Below are positions 9,807 to 19,130 of a stretch of 64,000 nt of DNA, piece by piece. Positions within the stretch are counted from its first letter, which is position 1. Each line of letters begins with the position of its first letter. The stretch covers positions 7,692-71,691 of the forward strand of contig CAMSGQ010000015.1 in the NCBI GenBank assembly GCA_947058385.1, written 5' to 3'. This DNA is from an uncultured Clostridia bacterium. GTDB taxonomy: Bacteria > Bacillota > Clostridia > Lachnospirales > Lachnospiraceae. The translations under genes and the position numbers were made by a program. A model generated the notes under the pieces. That model had not been told where the DNA came from, made no database searches, and saw only the letters and a list, made by a program, of their open reading frames with translations.

Positions 9807-10805
9807 TTATCGCTCAATTAATTCAATTAAAAATGAATTTGCTAGTGCTAAAAAGCAAATTCTTTTTTTAAAATATACTGACTCTTTTAATGGAGATACT
9901 ACCTTTGCTCTGCTTCGTTCGAATATTTCTATCGCTTTTTCTATATTTCCAACAAAAAATGCAACATGATAAAGATGGATATGGTTCTTTTGATAAAATT
10001 CTAATGTTGTACAATTTGGTAAGTTTTCCAAAAGTTCTAATCTTGGAAAATTTTCGCAATTTCCATACCCTTTGCCAATCAAAAATTGCCCTTTTACTCC
10101 TTGTTCTAAATCTTGAAAGACACTTCCCTCACGAATATATCCTAAAATTTTATAGGAAAATATTTCCCGTTCCAGTTCTTTTGTTGCTACTCCAATATGA
10201 TGAAATTCAAACTCTCCAATTGCACAGCGCATATTTCTTACAAAAATCTTATATGCTTTTCTTTCCAATTCCTCTTGTATCTGATTGTAGTAATACTCTC
10301 TATCTACATACTGCTCCACAGCATGATAAGTTCTTCCATTTAAAATAAAAAAATTTTCTAATCTTCCTCTTGTCTTTTGATGAATAGATTCATGAAACGC
10401 TATCACAGATCGATTTTCTTCTACTGTTCGGCAAAATAATTCTTCTAATCCAATTCGATTAAATGCCGCTTTATAGATTAAGTCAACACTTTCTACTGCT
10501 CCCATTGAGCCCTGTTTGATAACCCATCTTCCCCATTCTGCTTTGTTTCCTTCTCTATCATAGATCCCAATCAATCCTTCTCTTTCTCCTGTTATCTTAT
10601 TTTCAATCACAAAATAATAATCCTCTTTTCGAGTAAAATACGCTTCAATCCACTTTTCCTGCATCAATTGATCGTTTGGTATCTCATGAATATATTGATT
10701 TCTTTCCTTATCCTCTAAACGAACTTCCAGTATAAAAGATGCATCCATAAGTGTAACTGGACGTATTTTATAAGCATATCCTTCTACTGTTATTGTGTGT
10801 TTCAT
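9807..10805 (-). CDS. GNAT-family N-acyltransferase fused to VOC (glyoxalase/methylmalonyl-CoA-epimerase-like) domain
   Basis: Start moved to MKHTITVEGY (10805) so it does not overlap the carrier-protein gene. GNAT-like N-half; C-half HHIGVATKELERE ... HVAFFVGNIEKAIEIF typical VOC. Confidence 0.55.
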   Translation of the reverse strand: MKHTITVEGYAYKIRPVTLMDASFILEVRLEDKERNQYIHEIPNDQLMQEKWIEAYFTRKEDYYFVIENKITGEREGLIGIYDREGNKAEWGRWVIKQGSMGAVESVDLIYKAAFNRIGLEELFCRTVEENRSVIAFHESIHQKTRGRLENFFILNGRTYHAVEQYVDREYYYNQIQEELERKAYKIFVRNMRCAIGEFEFHHIGVATKELEREIFSYKILGYIREGSVFQDLEQGVKGQFLIGKGYGNCENFPRLELLENLPNCTTLEFYQKNHIHLYHVAFFVGNIEKAIEIFERSRAKVVSPLKESVYFKKRICFLALANSFLIELIER

Positions 10806-10849
10806 AAATAAAATCCTTTCTCTTTTCGTAGGCAAAAATTCTTGGACAA

Positions 10850-11071
10850 TTAGGATACCTTTTTTTGTAATGCACAAATAATTTCTGTAATTGTAGTAAT
10901 TTGAGCAAGTTCCTCCTGCTGAAATAAAATCCCATATTCCTCTTCTAATGCTAAAATAATTTCTATATGATTCATAGACCCCCACATCTTTGGTGTATCC
11001 AAATTTTCAAACAATTCTTTTTTTTCTAATTTTGTTATTTCTGTTATAATTTCAATCACTTTTTCTTTCAT
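10850..11071 (-). CDS. acyl/peptidyl carrier protein (PP-binding)
   Basis: 73 aa; WGSMNHIEIILALEEEYGI resembles carrier-protein Ser motif (DltC/ACP-like). Confidence 0.6.
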   Translation of the reverse strand: MKEKVIEIITEITKLEKKELFENLDTPKMWGSMNHIEIILALEEEYGILFQQEELAQITTITEIICALQKKVS

Positions 11072-12653
11072 TTTTTATTCCCTCTATCTCTATTTTTATA
11101 ACGTCCTTTGGCAATATATAATTCATCTCTTGTTCCTGATTGATATATTCCTTAGCATATTGATTTAAAAATTTTTCAGCCGGCGTATTTCTTTCTCCTT
11201 TTTGAAATAAAATCTTTACTTTTTTTAAACCAAACAAATCCTGTGCAATCGAAATAGAACCCAAAACAATGGCATCTTCTATTCCTCTTCCTAACGCCCT
11301 ACAGCTTATAAAACATTCTTCTAAAATCAAGAAATCGGTTGCCTTTTTTATTACACAAACTCCAATTAACCCACTATCGGACAATCGATCCTGTAGATTT
11401 ACTGCTATTACTATCATCTCTTTTCTTTGCATCCGTTCTTTTATTTCCTGAATGGAATACCTTTTATAAGAAAAAATAAATTGATTGGTCTTATTTGCCA
11501 ATTCCGAAATTCGCACTACACTTTCCAAAGGATTACACTGATACTGTAAAGTAATCTGCAAAGATTTTAAATATGCTTCTTTTGATAAGGTTTGTTTTAT
11601 CTTTTGTCGTTTTTGATTTTCTTTGATATCCTCTGAGCGAAGCTGATCCTCTTTCTGCATGGATAATTTCATAAGACCTGGATAATTTGCCAATATCGTA
11701 TTTGTTATCTGCGGATTCTCACTTGCCTGAATCACATGAATATCAGGATACTTTGCTAAAACTGATAAAATTTCTCCAATATTATCATCGATAAATAATA
11801 TACTATCGACATGAATATTTAAAAAATCTGCAATTTTTTCAATCATGCTTGACTTTTCTTCCCAAGAAGCACAGATTAGACTAAAATCCTCTTTTTTAAT
11901 AAGAAAATCTTTCCTTTGATCCAACAATTTCTCTACGTCTTGCTTTTCATTTTTACTTGCAATACAAATAAAAAATCCCTGATTAGCAAAATTTTTTAGC
12001 TGTTTTTGAAAAGAAAGATACGCTTTCGAAACTTCTATCTTTTCTATTCCATCTTCTCCTAAAATCCCTCTATATAAAGTATGATCTAAATCTACAACAA
12101 TCGCCTTTAGCATAGGCTTTAACAGTGCAGGAAGATATCGTAATCCTAAGTCTTTTGCTATCATCATACAGGCCTTTGCACTCAATCTCGTTCCTGATAT
12201 CTTTTCCAAACGTTCATCGAAATAGGCATTTCCTAATATTTCCTCTATTGAGTGAAAATCATAAAAAACCACATGTTGATATTCCATTGTTTTTCCTAAT
12301 AAAAGACACAAAATGGGTCTTTTATAAATAGAAAGCAATGTCTTTAACCGTTCTTTTAAAAATTCCTCTATCGCATCTATTTGATATCGTTTCATATCTA
12401 ACCAAAGAATCAGCATATCCGTATTTGAATTAAGTTGAAAAAAAGACAAACTATCATCATAATCACTATATAAAAAATTTACTTGCATCTTTGCATAATC
12501 AAGATAAGCAGATATCGTATGTTCTACTAATTCAAAAGAATGATTTCGATAAACTTGTATTTGATATCTTTTCTGTTCTTTGGAAGCAGTATAGGTTACT
12601 AATTCCTTTCTGCTTGGTTCTTTTTCAAATAAAAATTTTTGTAATTCCAACAT
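11052..12653 (-). CDS. FkbH-like HAD-superfamily (IIIC) protein with C-terminal acyltransferase-like domain
   Basis: 533 aa; HAD motif I AIVVDLDHTLY; motif IV LFIDDNIGE; size and architecture typical of FkbH-like domain proteins. Confidence 0.6.
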   Translation of the reverse strand: MLELQKFLFEKEPSRKELVTYTASKEQKRYQIQVYRNHSFELVEHTISAYLDYAKMQVNFLYSDYDDSLSFFQLNSNTDMLILWLDMKRYQIDAIEEFLKERLKTLLSIYKRPILCLLLGKTMEYQHVVFYDFHSIEEILGNAYFDERLEKISGTRLSAKACMMIAKDLGLRYLPALLKPMLKAIVVDLDHTLYRGILGEDGIEKIEVSKAYLSFQKQLKNFANQGFFICIASKNEKQDVEKLLDQRKDFLIKKEDFSLICASWEEKSSMIEKIADFLNIHVDSILFIDDNIGEILSVLAKYPDIHVIQASENPQITNTILANYPGLMKLSMQKEDQLRSEDIKENQKRQKIKQTLSKEAYLKSLQITLQYQCNPLESVVRISELANKTNQFIFSYKRYSIQEIKERMQRKEMIVIAVNLQDRLSDSGLIGVCVIKKATDFLILEECFISCRALGRGIEDAIVLGSISIAQDLFGLKKVKILFQKGERNTPAEKFLNQYAKEYINQEQEMNYILPKDVIKIEIEGIKNERKSD

Positions 12654-12666
12654 AAATACGCCACCT

Positions 12667-13770
12667 TTATCTTCTATAATGATTGATTGTTTTTATGACA
12701 TATTCCATCTGAGATTCTGTCATTCCATAATAGATTGGAATACTAAGAATACTGTTGCATAAACGCTCCGTTAAAGGAAATTCCCCTTTTTTAAATTTCA
12801 ATGTCTGATATGCTTTTTGTTTATGAATTGGAATGGGATAATGAATATTGGTTTCGATATTTTGCTCACTTAAATAATTCCTTAATGCATCTCGTTCTTC
12901 ACAGTATAATACAAATAAATGCCAAACACATTGGAACTTTTTATCTTCCTGCAAAGGAAGCCGAATCAATGGATGAGAAATTTCTTCTAAATATCTTTTT
13001 GCGATCCTCTTTCTTTCTTCATTCCAACGATCTAATTGCTCTAATTTTACTAATAAAAAAGCTGCTTGCATTTCATCTAACCTAGAATTTGTCCCCTGGT
13101 AAGTATGGATATATTTTTTTTCTGAACCATAGTTTCTTAACATCCTTACTTTTTTTGCCAATTCCAAATCATTTGTTACAACCATTCCAGCATCTCCTAA
13201 TGCTCCCAAATTCTTTCCTGGATAAAAACTAAATCCTGCAGCATCTCCTAATATTCCAACTTTTTTTCCTTGATACATCGCTCCATGTGCTTGTGCAGCA
13301 TCTTCAATGACTTTTAAATGATAGTTTCTAGCAATTGCAAGAATCGGTTCCATATCAGCCGATCTTCCATATAAATGCACTGCAATAATCGCTTTTGTTC
13401 TATCTGTAATCTTTTCCTCGATTTGTGCTGGATCTATTGTATAACTTTCTTCTTCTGGTTCTACCAATACAGGAATTGCCCCTGTATGGGATACAGCAAG
13501 AGCTGTTGCAATAAATGTATTAGCTGGAAGAATTACCTCATCATTCGCACCAATTCCCATTGCAAGTAAAATAAGATATAAGGCATCCAAACCGGTTCCA
13601 CACCCAATTGCAGCCTCTGCATTACAAAAAGAAGCAAATGCTGTTTCAAATTTTTCTAATTCTTTTCCCATAATAAAACTATTGTTTTGGTACACCTCTA
13701 AAAATTTTTCTTTTATTTGCATTTCGATTTCCTGATGCATTTTCTCCAAGGAGACAAATGGTACTCTCAT
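12667..13770 (-). CDS. DegT/DnrJ/EryC1/StrS-family PLP-dependent sugar aminotransferase
   Basis: 367 aa; [22 protein letters not shown] (PLP-Lys region). Confidence 0.85.
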   Translation of the reverse strand: MRVPFVSLEKMHQEIEMQIKEKFLEVYQNNSFIMGKELEKFETAFASFCNAEAAIGCGTGLDALYLILLAMGIGANDEVILPANTFIATALAVSHTGAIPVLVEPEEESYTIDPAQIEEKITDRTKAIIAVHLYGRSADMEPILAIARNYHLKVIEDAAQAHGAMYQGKKVGILGDAAGFSFYPGKNLGALGDAGMVVTNDLELAKKVRMLRNYGSEKKYIHTYQGTNSRLDEMQAAFLLVKLEQLDRWNEERKRIAKRYLEEISHPLIRLPLQEDKKFQCVWHLFVLYCEERDALRNYLSEQNIETNIHYPIPIHKQKAYQTLKFKKGEFPLTERLCNSILSIPIYYGMTESQMEYVIKTINHYRR

Positions 13771-14174
13771 ATTGTCCCTCCCTTTACCATTCCAAGAAAT
13801 TGATCATAATTTCGTATGTAATCAGATTCATCATAATATTCCGATGCCAATACCATTAAAACAGCATCTTCTGAAAAATCATACATTTCACGCCACATAG
13901 AATGGGCAATATATAAACCCTCATAGGGTTTTTCTAATGACACAATTTTCTTTTCTATTCCATTATCAAGAAGAATTTTACAAGATCCATGAATACAAAC
14001 TAAGATCTGCTCTAAACATTTATGTGCATGAAACCCCCGATGAATTCCATCTTTTGTTTCATACATATAATATACCCGCTTAATCTGAAACGGAATATCT
14101 TTTAACTCTTCTAGTGCTACCAGTTGTCCTCTTTCATCACCATGTTGTTGAAACATATATTTTAAAATTTGCAT
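13767..14174 (-). CDS. FdtA/WxcM-like sugar 3,4-ketoisomerase (cupin)
   Basis: 135 aa; [13 protein letters not shown]...[22 protein letters not shown] typical of dTDP-4-keto-6-deoxyhexose 3,4-isomerases. Confidence 0.7.
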   Translation of the reverse strand: MQILKYMFQQHGDERGQLVALEELKDIPFQIKRVYYMYETKDGIHRGFHAHKCLEQILVCIHGSCKILLDNGIEKKIVSLEKPYEGLYIAHSMWREMYDFSEDAVLMVLASEYYDESDYIRNYDQFLGMVKGGTI

Positions 14175-14192
14175 ATGCCTTATCCTTCCATT

Positions 14193-15137
14193 TCAATTGT
14201 TCTTTTTCCTTCTTTTTTTCCTATAGACACGCAATGCATGAATCGGATAGCGAATTGAAATCAACAGTTGTTTTATTCGATTTTTTTGATACTTTTTTTG
14301 ATAAAAAAGAATTCTCCCTTCTCCTTTATGCCAATATTTCCATTTTTGATAGGAAAACCACCGTTTCAAAGGATATTTTGTATACTTTATAATCTCATTT
14401 CGAAAAATCAAATCGGAATCTTTTTCATACTGTTGATTAAAATTGATGGGTGAACTCATTCCTCCCGACCGATATTGAATCACAATTCGATCCCAAAATT
14501 CAATGTTTTCCCCCTTTCTTGTTAAAGATAAATAAGTAGGATAATCATCAACTAACTGGTATTTTTTACTGCAAATACCATATTTTTTTATATTCTCCCT
14601 ACTTCTAGCTGTACAACAGCCAAATATAAAATTTCCCTTTGTCAATTCCTCAAATAATTGTCTTGCATCTTTTTGCAAAAGAATCTCTACTTGTTCCTTC
14701 GTTGGAAGTAATCCCTGATATTGTTTCATCTCTTTATCATAAACTGCTCGATAAGCTGTTATAATTCCAGAACCCCTTTTTAAAAACTCACAGACCCATT
14801 CTTCTAATACAAGTGCATCATAAAAAATATCATCTCCTGCCAAATGAAAAATATAATTTCCCTTTACATACTGTAATGCAGAATAATAAGATTTTACTGT
14901 TCCTAGATTCGTCTTATTTTGATAAACAACATACTCTTCAATATTTGTCCTCTTTTTCTTTTCTATATAATTTTCTATCTCTTGTAAGGAAAAAGAAGAG
15001 GAAGCATCATCAAAAATCAAATATTGAATTCTTGGATAGGTTTGCATTAAAACAGAATCGATCGTTTCTTTTAAATGCAGACTATAATAAGCAAGTGTAA
15101 TTACGGTTATTAAATCCTTCATTTTTACTCTTTCCAT
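14193..15137 (-). CDS. glycosyltransferase family 2
   Basis: ITVITLAYYS...YLIFDDASS (DXD); start may be MKDL at 15122. Confidence 0.6.
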   Translation of the reverse strand: MERVKMKDLITVITLAYYSLHLKETIDSVLMQTYPRIQYLIFDDASSSFSLQEIENYIEKKKRTNIEEYVVYQNKTNLGTVKSYYSALQYVKGNYIFHLAGDDIFYDALVLEEWVCEFLKRGSGIITAYRAVYDKEMKQYQGLLPTKEQVEILLQKDARQLFEELTKGNFIFGCCTARSRENIKKYGICSKKYQLVDDYPTYLSLTRKGENIEFWDRIVIQYRSGGMSSPINFNQQYEKDSDLIFRNEIIKYTKYPLKRWFSYQKWKYWHKGEGRILFYQKKYQKNRIKQLLISIRYPIHALRVYRKKRRKKNN

Positions 15138-16018
15138 TCTAGATTATACTTCTGATGAAATCCCATATCCTGTTTCCATGCATCCCAAATTGCATCTTTT
15201 ATCAACTGACGTATTTTTTTCTTTTGAAAAATATATCTGATAAAGTAATAACCACTTTGTAAAATGGCCTGCTTCTTTCCCATATGCTGAATATAGGCAT
15301 GAATTTTATTTCTGATATTATAATAAGTTTTCCATGTAAACCCTGTAGTTAAATTGGTATCATGTATTATTTTTATACTAGGTATACAGCAAATTTTTCC
15401 CTGCTTTCTTATTCGATAACTATGTTCACTGTCATCATATGCGATAAAATAATCTCGATTTGGCAAACCCGCCTGTATAAGTGCTTCTTTTGAAAGTGCT
15501 GTTCCAACATAAGAAAAAAGAGTAATAAAAAAAATATCCTTTTTATATTCTTCTTCTGATACTCTCTCTTCTAAAATTCCATACCATTTTTTAATCACTC
15601 GCCTTCGATGCCAAGTATCAATTTTCCCTTTTCTCCAAACACTGCCACAAATTGCTGCTACTTTCTTTTTCTTTAATCGCTCAATCCACTTTTCTAAAAT
15701 TTCGATTCCATCTAATGCAATATAAGCATCATCATCCGCTACCCAAATCCATTCTGCATCCAGATCTTTTGCAAACTGTAATCCTTTATAATATCCGCCA
15801 CTTCCTCCCAAATTTTCTTTTAATATAATACCTTTATGTTGTATTTCTTCTTGTCTTTCCATCCAATCTTCTATATAGTTTGCTGTTCCATCTGTTGAGC
15901 CATTATCTACAACAAGAATATAAGCAGGTTTTCTATTTTGGCTTTCATAGGAATTTAATGCCTTTTTTAATTTTTCTATCCGATTATAAGTAACTATCAC
16001 AACTCCGATTTTATTCAT
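15125..16018 (-). CDS. glycosyltransferase family 2
   Basis: GVVIVTYNR...ILVVDNGSTDGT. Confidence 0.8.
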   Translation of the reverse strand: MNKIGVVIVTYNRIEKLKKALNSYESQNRKPAYILVVDNGSTDGTANYIEDWMERQEEIQHKGIILKENLGGSGGYYKGLQFAKDLDAEWIWVADDDAYIALDGIEILEKWIERLKKKKVAAICGSVWRKGKIDTWHRRRVIKKWYGILEERVSEEEYKKDIFFITLFSYVGTALSKEALIQAGLPNRDYFIAYDDSEHSYRIRKQGKICCIPSIKIIHDTNLTTGFTWKTYYNIRNKIHAYIQHMGKKQAILQSGYYFIRYIFQKKKIRQLIKDAIWDAWKQDMGFHQKYNLEWKE

Positions 16019-16976
16019 AACTTTCTCCTACTAGAAAAAACATCATTCCTGTATAAAAATCACCTAATACACTTCTAAATGAAATATAATTTAAATGAAA
16101 TAAATTATAAAAAAAGAGAGAGAAGATTCTATTTCTTGAATAAAATTCTTTTCGTTTCTTTTGAAAAGCAATCGCTTTCTTTAAATATGGTATCTGCGTA
16201 CGATGTGTCAAGGCTGTTGCCTGTAAGGAGTGTTCTATTTCTGTTATCATATTTTCTCTTTTCTTTTTTCTGGCAGCAGATTTTCTAACAGCAGAAAGGG
16301 AAAATGTGATTCCAACTGTATTTTTTGTATGTAATCGATACCTAGTTAATACGATATTTAGAAAATATAATCCATTGTAGTAGGCTGCCTCTTGATTTAA
16401 TTGCCAATCATGAGGAAGACCTTCCCAATATTTTGAACTACTGATTTGATTCCATAAAACTTTCCTTATCGCCATAGCCATTCCCGGATATTTAGGATGT
16501 CTTAAAAAGGATTTCCAATTTATCTTTTTACTTTTTTGAGAAAAAAATCGATAAAACCAATCTTCTTTTCTTCTCTTTCCATTTTCATCAATAAGCCGAT
16601 ATGCTGTAGACAATGCTAATATATTTGGATAGCGGTCAAAAAAGTTTTTGCAGACTTCTATCTTATTTTTTTCCCAGACATCATCTTGATCTGAGAGAAA
16701 GATCAGATCTCCCTTTGCAAGTCTTAAACCATTCCGAAAATTTTTTGCATATCCTAGTCGCTTTGAATTACAATAAAAATAAATTGCAATCTTTGTTTTT
16801 TTTTGAAAAGAGCGAATAATTTCTGATGTAGAATCCGAAGAATGATCATCACTAATAATAATTTCATCTGGCTGATAAGTCTGATTACAGATAGATTCTA
16901 ATTGTTCTTGTAAATATCGTTCTCCATTATAAGTTGCCATCACAACAGAAATCATGTTTTCTCTCCTTATCTCCAA
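16011..16976 (-). CDS. glycosyltransferase family 2
   Basis: ISVVMATYNGERYL...IIISDDHSSDST. Confidence 0.8.
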   Translation of the reverse strand: MEIRRENMISVVMATYNGERYLQEQLESICNQTYQPDEIIISDDHSSDSTSEIIRSFQKKTKIAIYFYCNSKRLGYAKNFRNGLRLAKGDLIFLSDQDDVWEKNKIEVCKNFFDRYPNILALSTAYRLIDENGKRRKEDWFYRFFSQKSKKINWKSFLRHPKYPGMAMAIRKVLWNQISSSKYWEGLPHDWQLNQEAAYYNGLYFLNIVLTRYRLHTKNTVGITFSLSAVRKSAARKKKRENMITEIEHSLQATALTHRTQIPYLKKAIAFQKKRKEFYSRNRIFSLFFYNLFHLNYISFRSVLGDFYTGMMFFLVGESYE

Positions 16977-17713
16977 TATTTTTTGACTCCATTATATAAA
17001 TGAAGTCCTGTATAAAATAATGCCTGTGATATACTCATTCCCATATAGCGATGCATCCCATAAGTCATCTTTGCTGACTTAAATCGATTTCTTGATTTTC
17101 CCTCTTTGCTTAAACGGTAAGAAACTAATGGTTCATTAATGCCATATGCTTTTTTGTATTTTTTCAAACACTTTAACCAAACCATATAATCCTCATGATA
17201 CTCATCATGTTCCATAGGAAACTCTAATGCAGCCTCTCTTTTTATCAATACAGAAGAACAAACAATGCGATTTCCTTGTAAAAGTTCTTGGTAGGTCAGA
17301 TCGGTTTGTACTGAAATAATTTTATGTAAATCTTCCCCTTGATGGCTATATAATTTTCTTGCAGTATAACAAAGTGCCATCTTTTTTTGTTGCATCAAAG
17401 CCAACTGTTTTTCTAATTTTTCTTGTTCCCACCAATCATCCGCATCCAAAAAAGCAATATACCTTCCTTTTGCTTTCCAAACTCCAATATTTCTTGTTCT
17501 AGCAACTCCTAAATTACTTGCATTTTTTAAATAAATTACTCGGTTGTCCATACAATACTTTTTAACAATATTCTCTGTTTGGTCTTTCGAAGCGTCATCA
17601 ATAATAATCAGTTCTAACTTTACTTTTTGTATTAATACAGATTGTATTGCCTGTTCGATAAATTTTTCTGCATTATAAGCTGGCATAACAACAGAAATTA
17701 GATTCTCTTCCAT
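16967..17713 (-). CDS. glycosyltransferase family 2
   Basis: ISVVMPAYNAEKFI...IIIDDASKDQT. Confidence 0.8.
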   Translation of the reverse strand: MEENLISVVMPAYNAEKFIEQAIQSVLIQKVKLELIIIDDASKDQTENIVKKYCMDNRVIYLKNASNLGVARTRNIGVWKAKGRYIAFLDADDWWEQEKLEKQLALMQQKKMALCYTARKLYSHQGEDLHKIISVQTDLTYQELLQGNRIVCSSVLIKREAALEFPMEHDEYHEDYMVWLKCLKKYKKAYGINEPLVSYRLSKEGKSRNRFKSAKMTYGMHRYMGMSISQALFYTGLHLYNGVKKYWR

Positions 17714-17733
17714 TTTTCTCCTTACTCTTTTTC

Positions 17734-18078
17734 TTATTTTAAATTCATAAAAAATACTCCTACAATAATAAAAGCACCTCCAATCAAAGAAAAAATAGTA
17801 ACTCTTTCATGAAAATATAAGATTGCAATTAGGATTATCATAATATTTGTAATTCCACCTAAGATAGGATAAATATAGCTTAAATCAAATTTAGAAATAA
17901 CAACTGTATACAATAAAAAACTAATGATATAACAGCAATATCCAATAATAGATGGCAAAGTAAACTTTAAATGAGCAATTTGAATCCATATTTTTAGCCC
18001 TTCCTGACTCCCTATTTTCATAAAAGTGATACCCAATATCGAAAATATTAAATACATCAGACAAAATAGATACTTCAT
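17734..18078 (-). CDS. small 4-TM membrane protein, SMR/EamA/ArnE-ArnF-like (candidate lipid-linked sugar flippase subunit)
   Basis: 114 aa, four hydrophobic helices; lies in a glycosylation module. Confidence 0.45.
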   Translation of the reverse strand: MKYLFCLMYLIFSILGITFMKIGSQEGLKIWIQIAHLKFTLPSIIGYCCYIISFLLYTVVISKFDLSYIYPILGGITNIMIILIAILYFHERVTIFSLIGGAFIIVGVFFMNLK

Positions 18079-18429
18079 TTACATTTTCTCCAATTCTCTT
18101 ACTCTTTTTTCCAATATTGCATGGTTTTGTGTTAAATTTCGAATTCGTTCTGTTTGTTTTGAAACAATTGCTGTAAGTGACATAGAGATTAATAATGTAA
18201 AAAAGATTCCCACTAAAAATAACCCATACATTGGCGTTTCAATTCCGACCAATTTAACAAATATTTCTAAAAAGGAAGGAAACAATACCAACATTCCCAT
18301 AATAAAACCAGAAAACAGCCACAGCAAAATATACTTTAATGCTAACATTTTTTTCTTTATAAAATAAAGAATGCACCAAAAATATAAAATTACTACCCCC
18401 CCAAGCAATACTCTTAAGTAATTTGACAT
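18079..18429 (-). CDS. DUF2304-like small membrane protein with C-terminal coiled coil
   Basis: 116 aa; 3 TM then KQTERIRNLTQNHAILEKRVRELEK; commonly adjacent to GtrB-like GT2. Confidence 0.45.
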   Translation of the reverse strand: MSNYLRVLLGGVVILYFWCILYFIKKKMLALKYILLWLFSGFIMGMLVLFPSFLEIFVKLVGIETPMYGLFLVGIFFTLLISMSLTAIVSKQTERIRNLTQNHAILEKRVRELEKM

Positions 18430-18431
18430 TA

Positions 18432-19130
18432 TTATTTCCTCCTATATGTAAAACAGCAAATTATGATAGCAATAGAAACTTTTATCATATAATAAATGGA
18501 TTTTCTTAAATTAATAGAACTTACTCCATTTTGTCTTTCATGCATCACTACTGGTATTTCTTGTATCCTTGCTCCATTTAGACTAGCTGATACAATTGCT
18601 TCTGGCTCTGGATAATCTGATGGATAATCTGATACATAAAACTGAATGTACTTGTGGTTTACTGCACGAAATCCGCTTGTTACATCCTTTATTTTTGCTC
18701 TACAACATAGTTGAATCAATTTACTTAAAAAAGCAATACCTGCTCTTCTTGTTGTGGAGGATTGAAAGCCCTTTTTTTCAAGAAATCTTGATCCAATTAC
18801 AATATCTGCTTTTCCCTCTAAAATTGGCTGTATCGTTTTTCCTATATATGCTGGATCATGCTGCCCATCTCCATCATGTTGAATTGCAATATCATATCCA
18901 TATTTTAAGGCATATTTATAACCTGTCTGTATTACTCCTCCAATTCCCAAATTAATAGGAAGAGAAATAAAATTATAATTATTTTTTTCGCATACCTCAA
19001 TTGTATTATCCTTTGAGCAATCATTTATAATTAAATAATCTATCTCAGGTATTGATTGTTTTAAATTTTTTACTACACTTTCTATATTCTTACTTTCATT
19101 ATAAGCAGGTATAATTGCTAAAACTTTCAT
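18432..19130 (-). CDS. GT2 polyprenyl-phosphate glycosyltransferase (GtrB/DPM1-like)
   Basis: Start moved to MKVLAIIPAYNESKNI (19130), immediately after upstream stop; LIINDCSKDNT DXD. Confidence 0.7.
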   Translation of the reverse strand: MKVLAIIPAYNESKNIESVVKNLKQSIPEIDYLIINDCSKDNTIEVCEKNNYNFISLPINLGIGGVIQTGYKYALKYGYDIAIQHDGDGQHDPAYIGKTIQPILEGKADIVIGSRFLEKKGFQSSTTRRAGIAFLSKLIQLCCRAKIKDVTSGFRAVNHKYIQFYVSDYPSDYPEPEAIVSASLNGARIQEIPVVMHERQNGVSSINLRKSIYYMIKVSIAIIICCFTYRRK

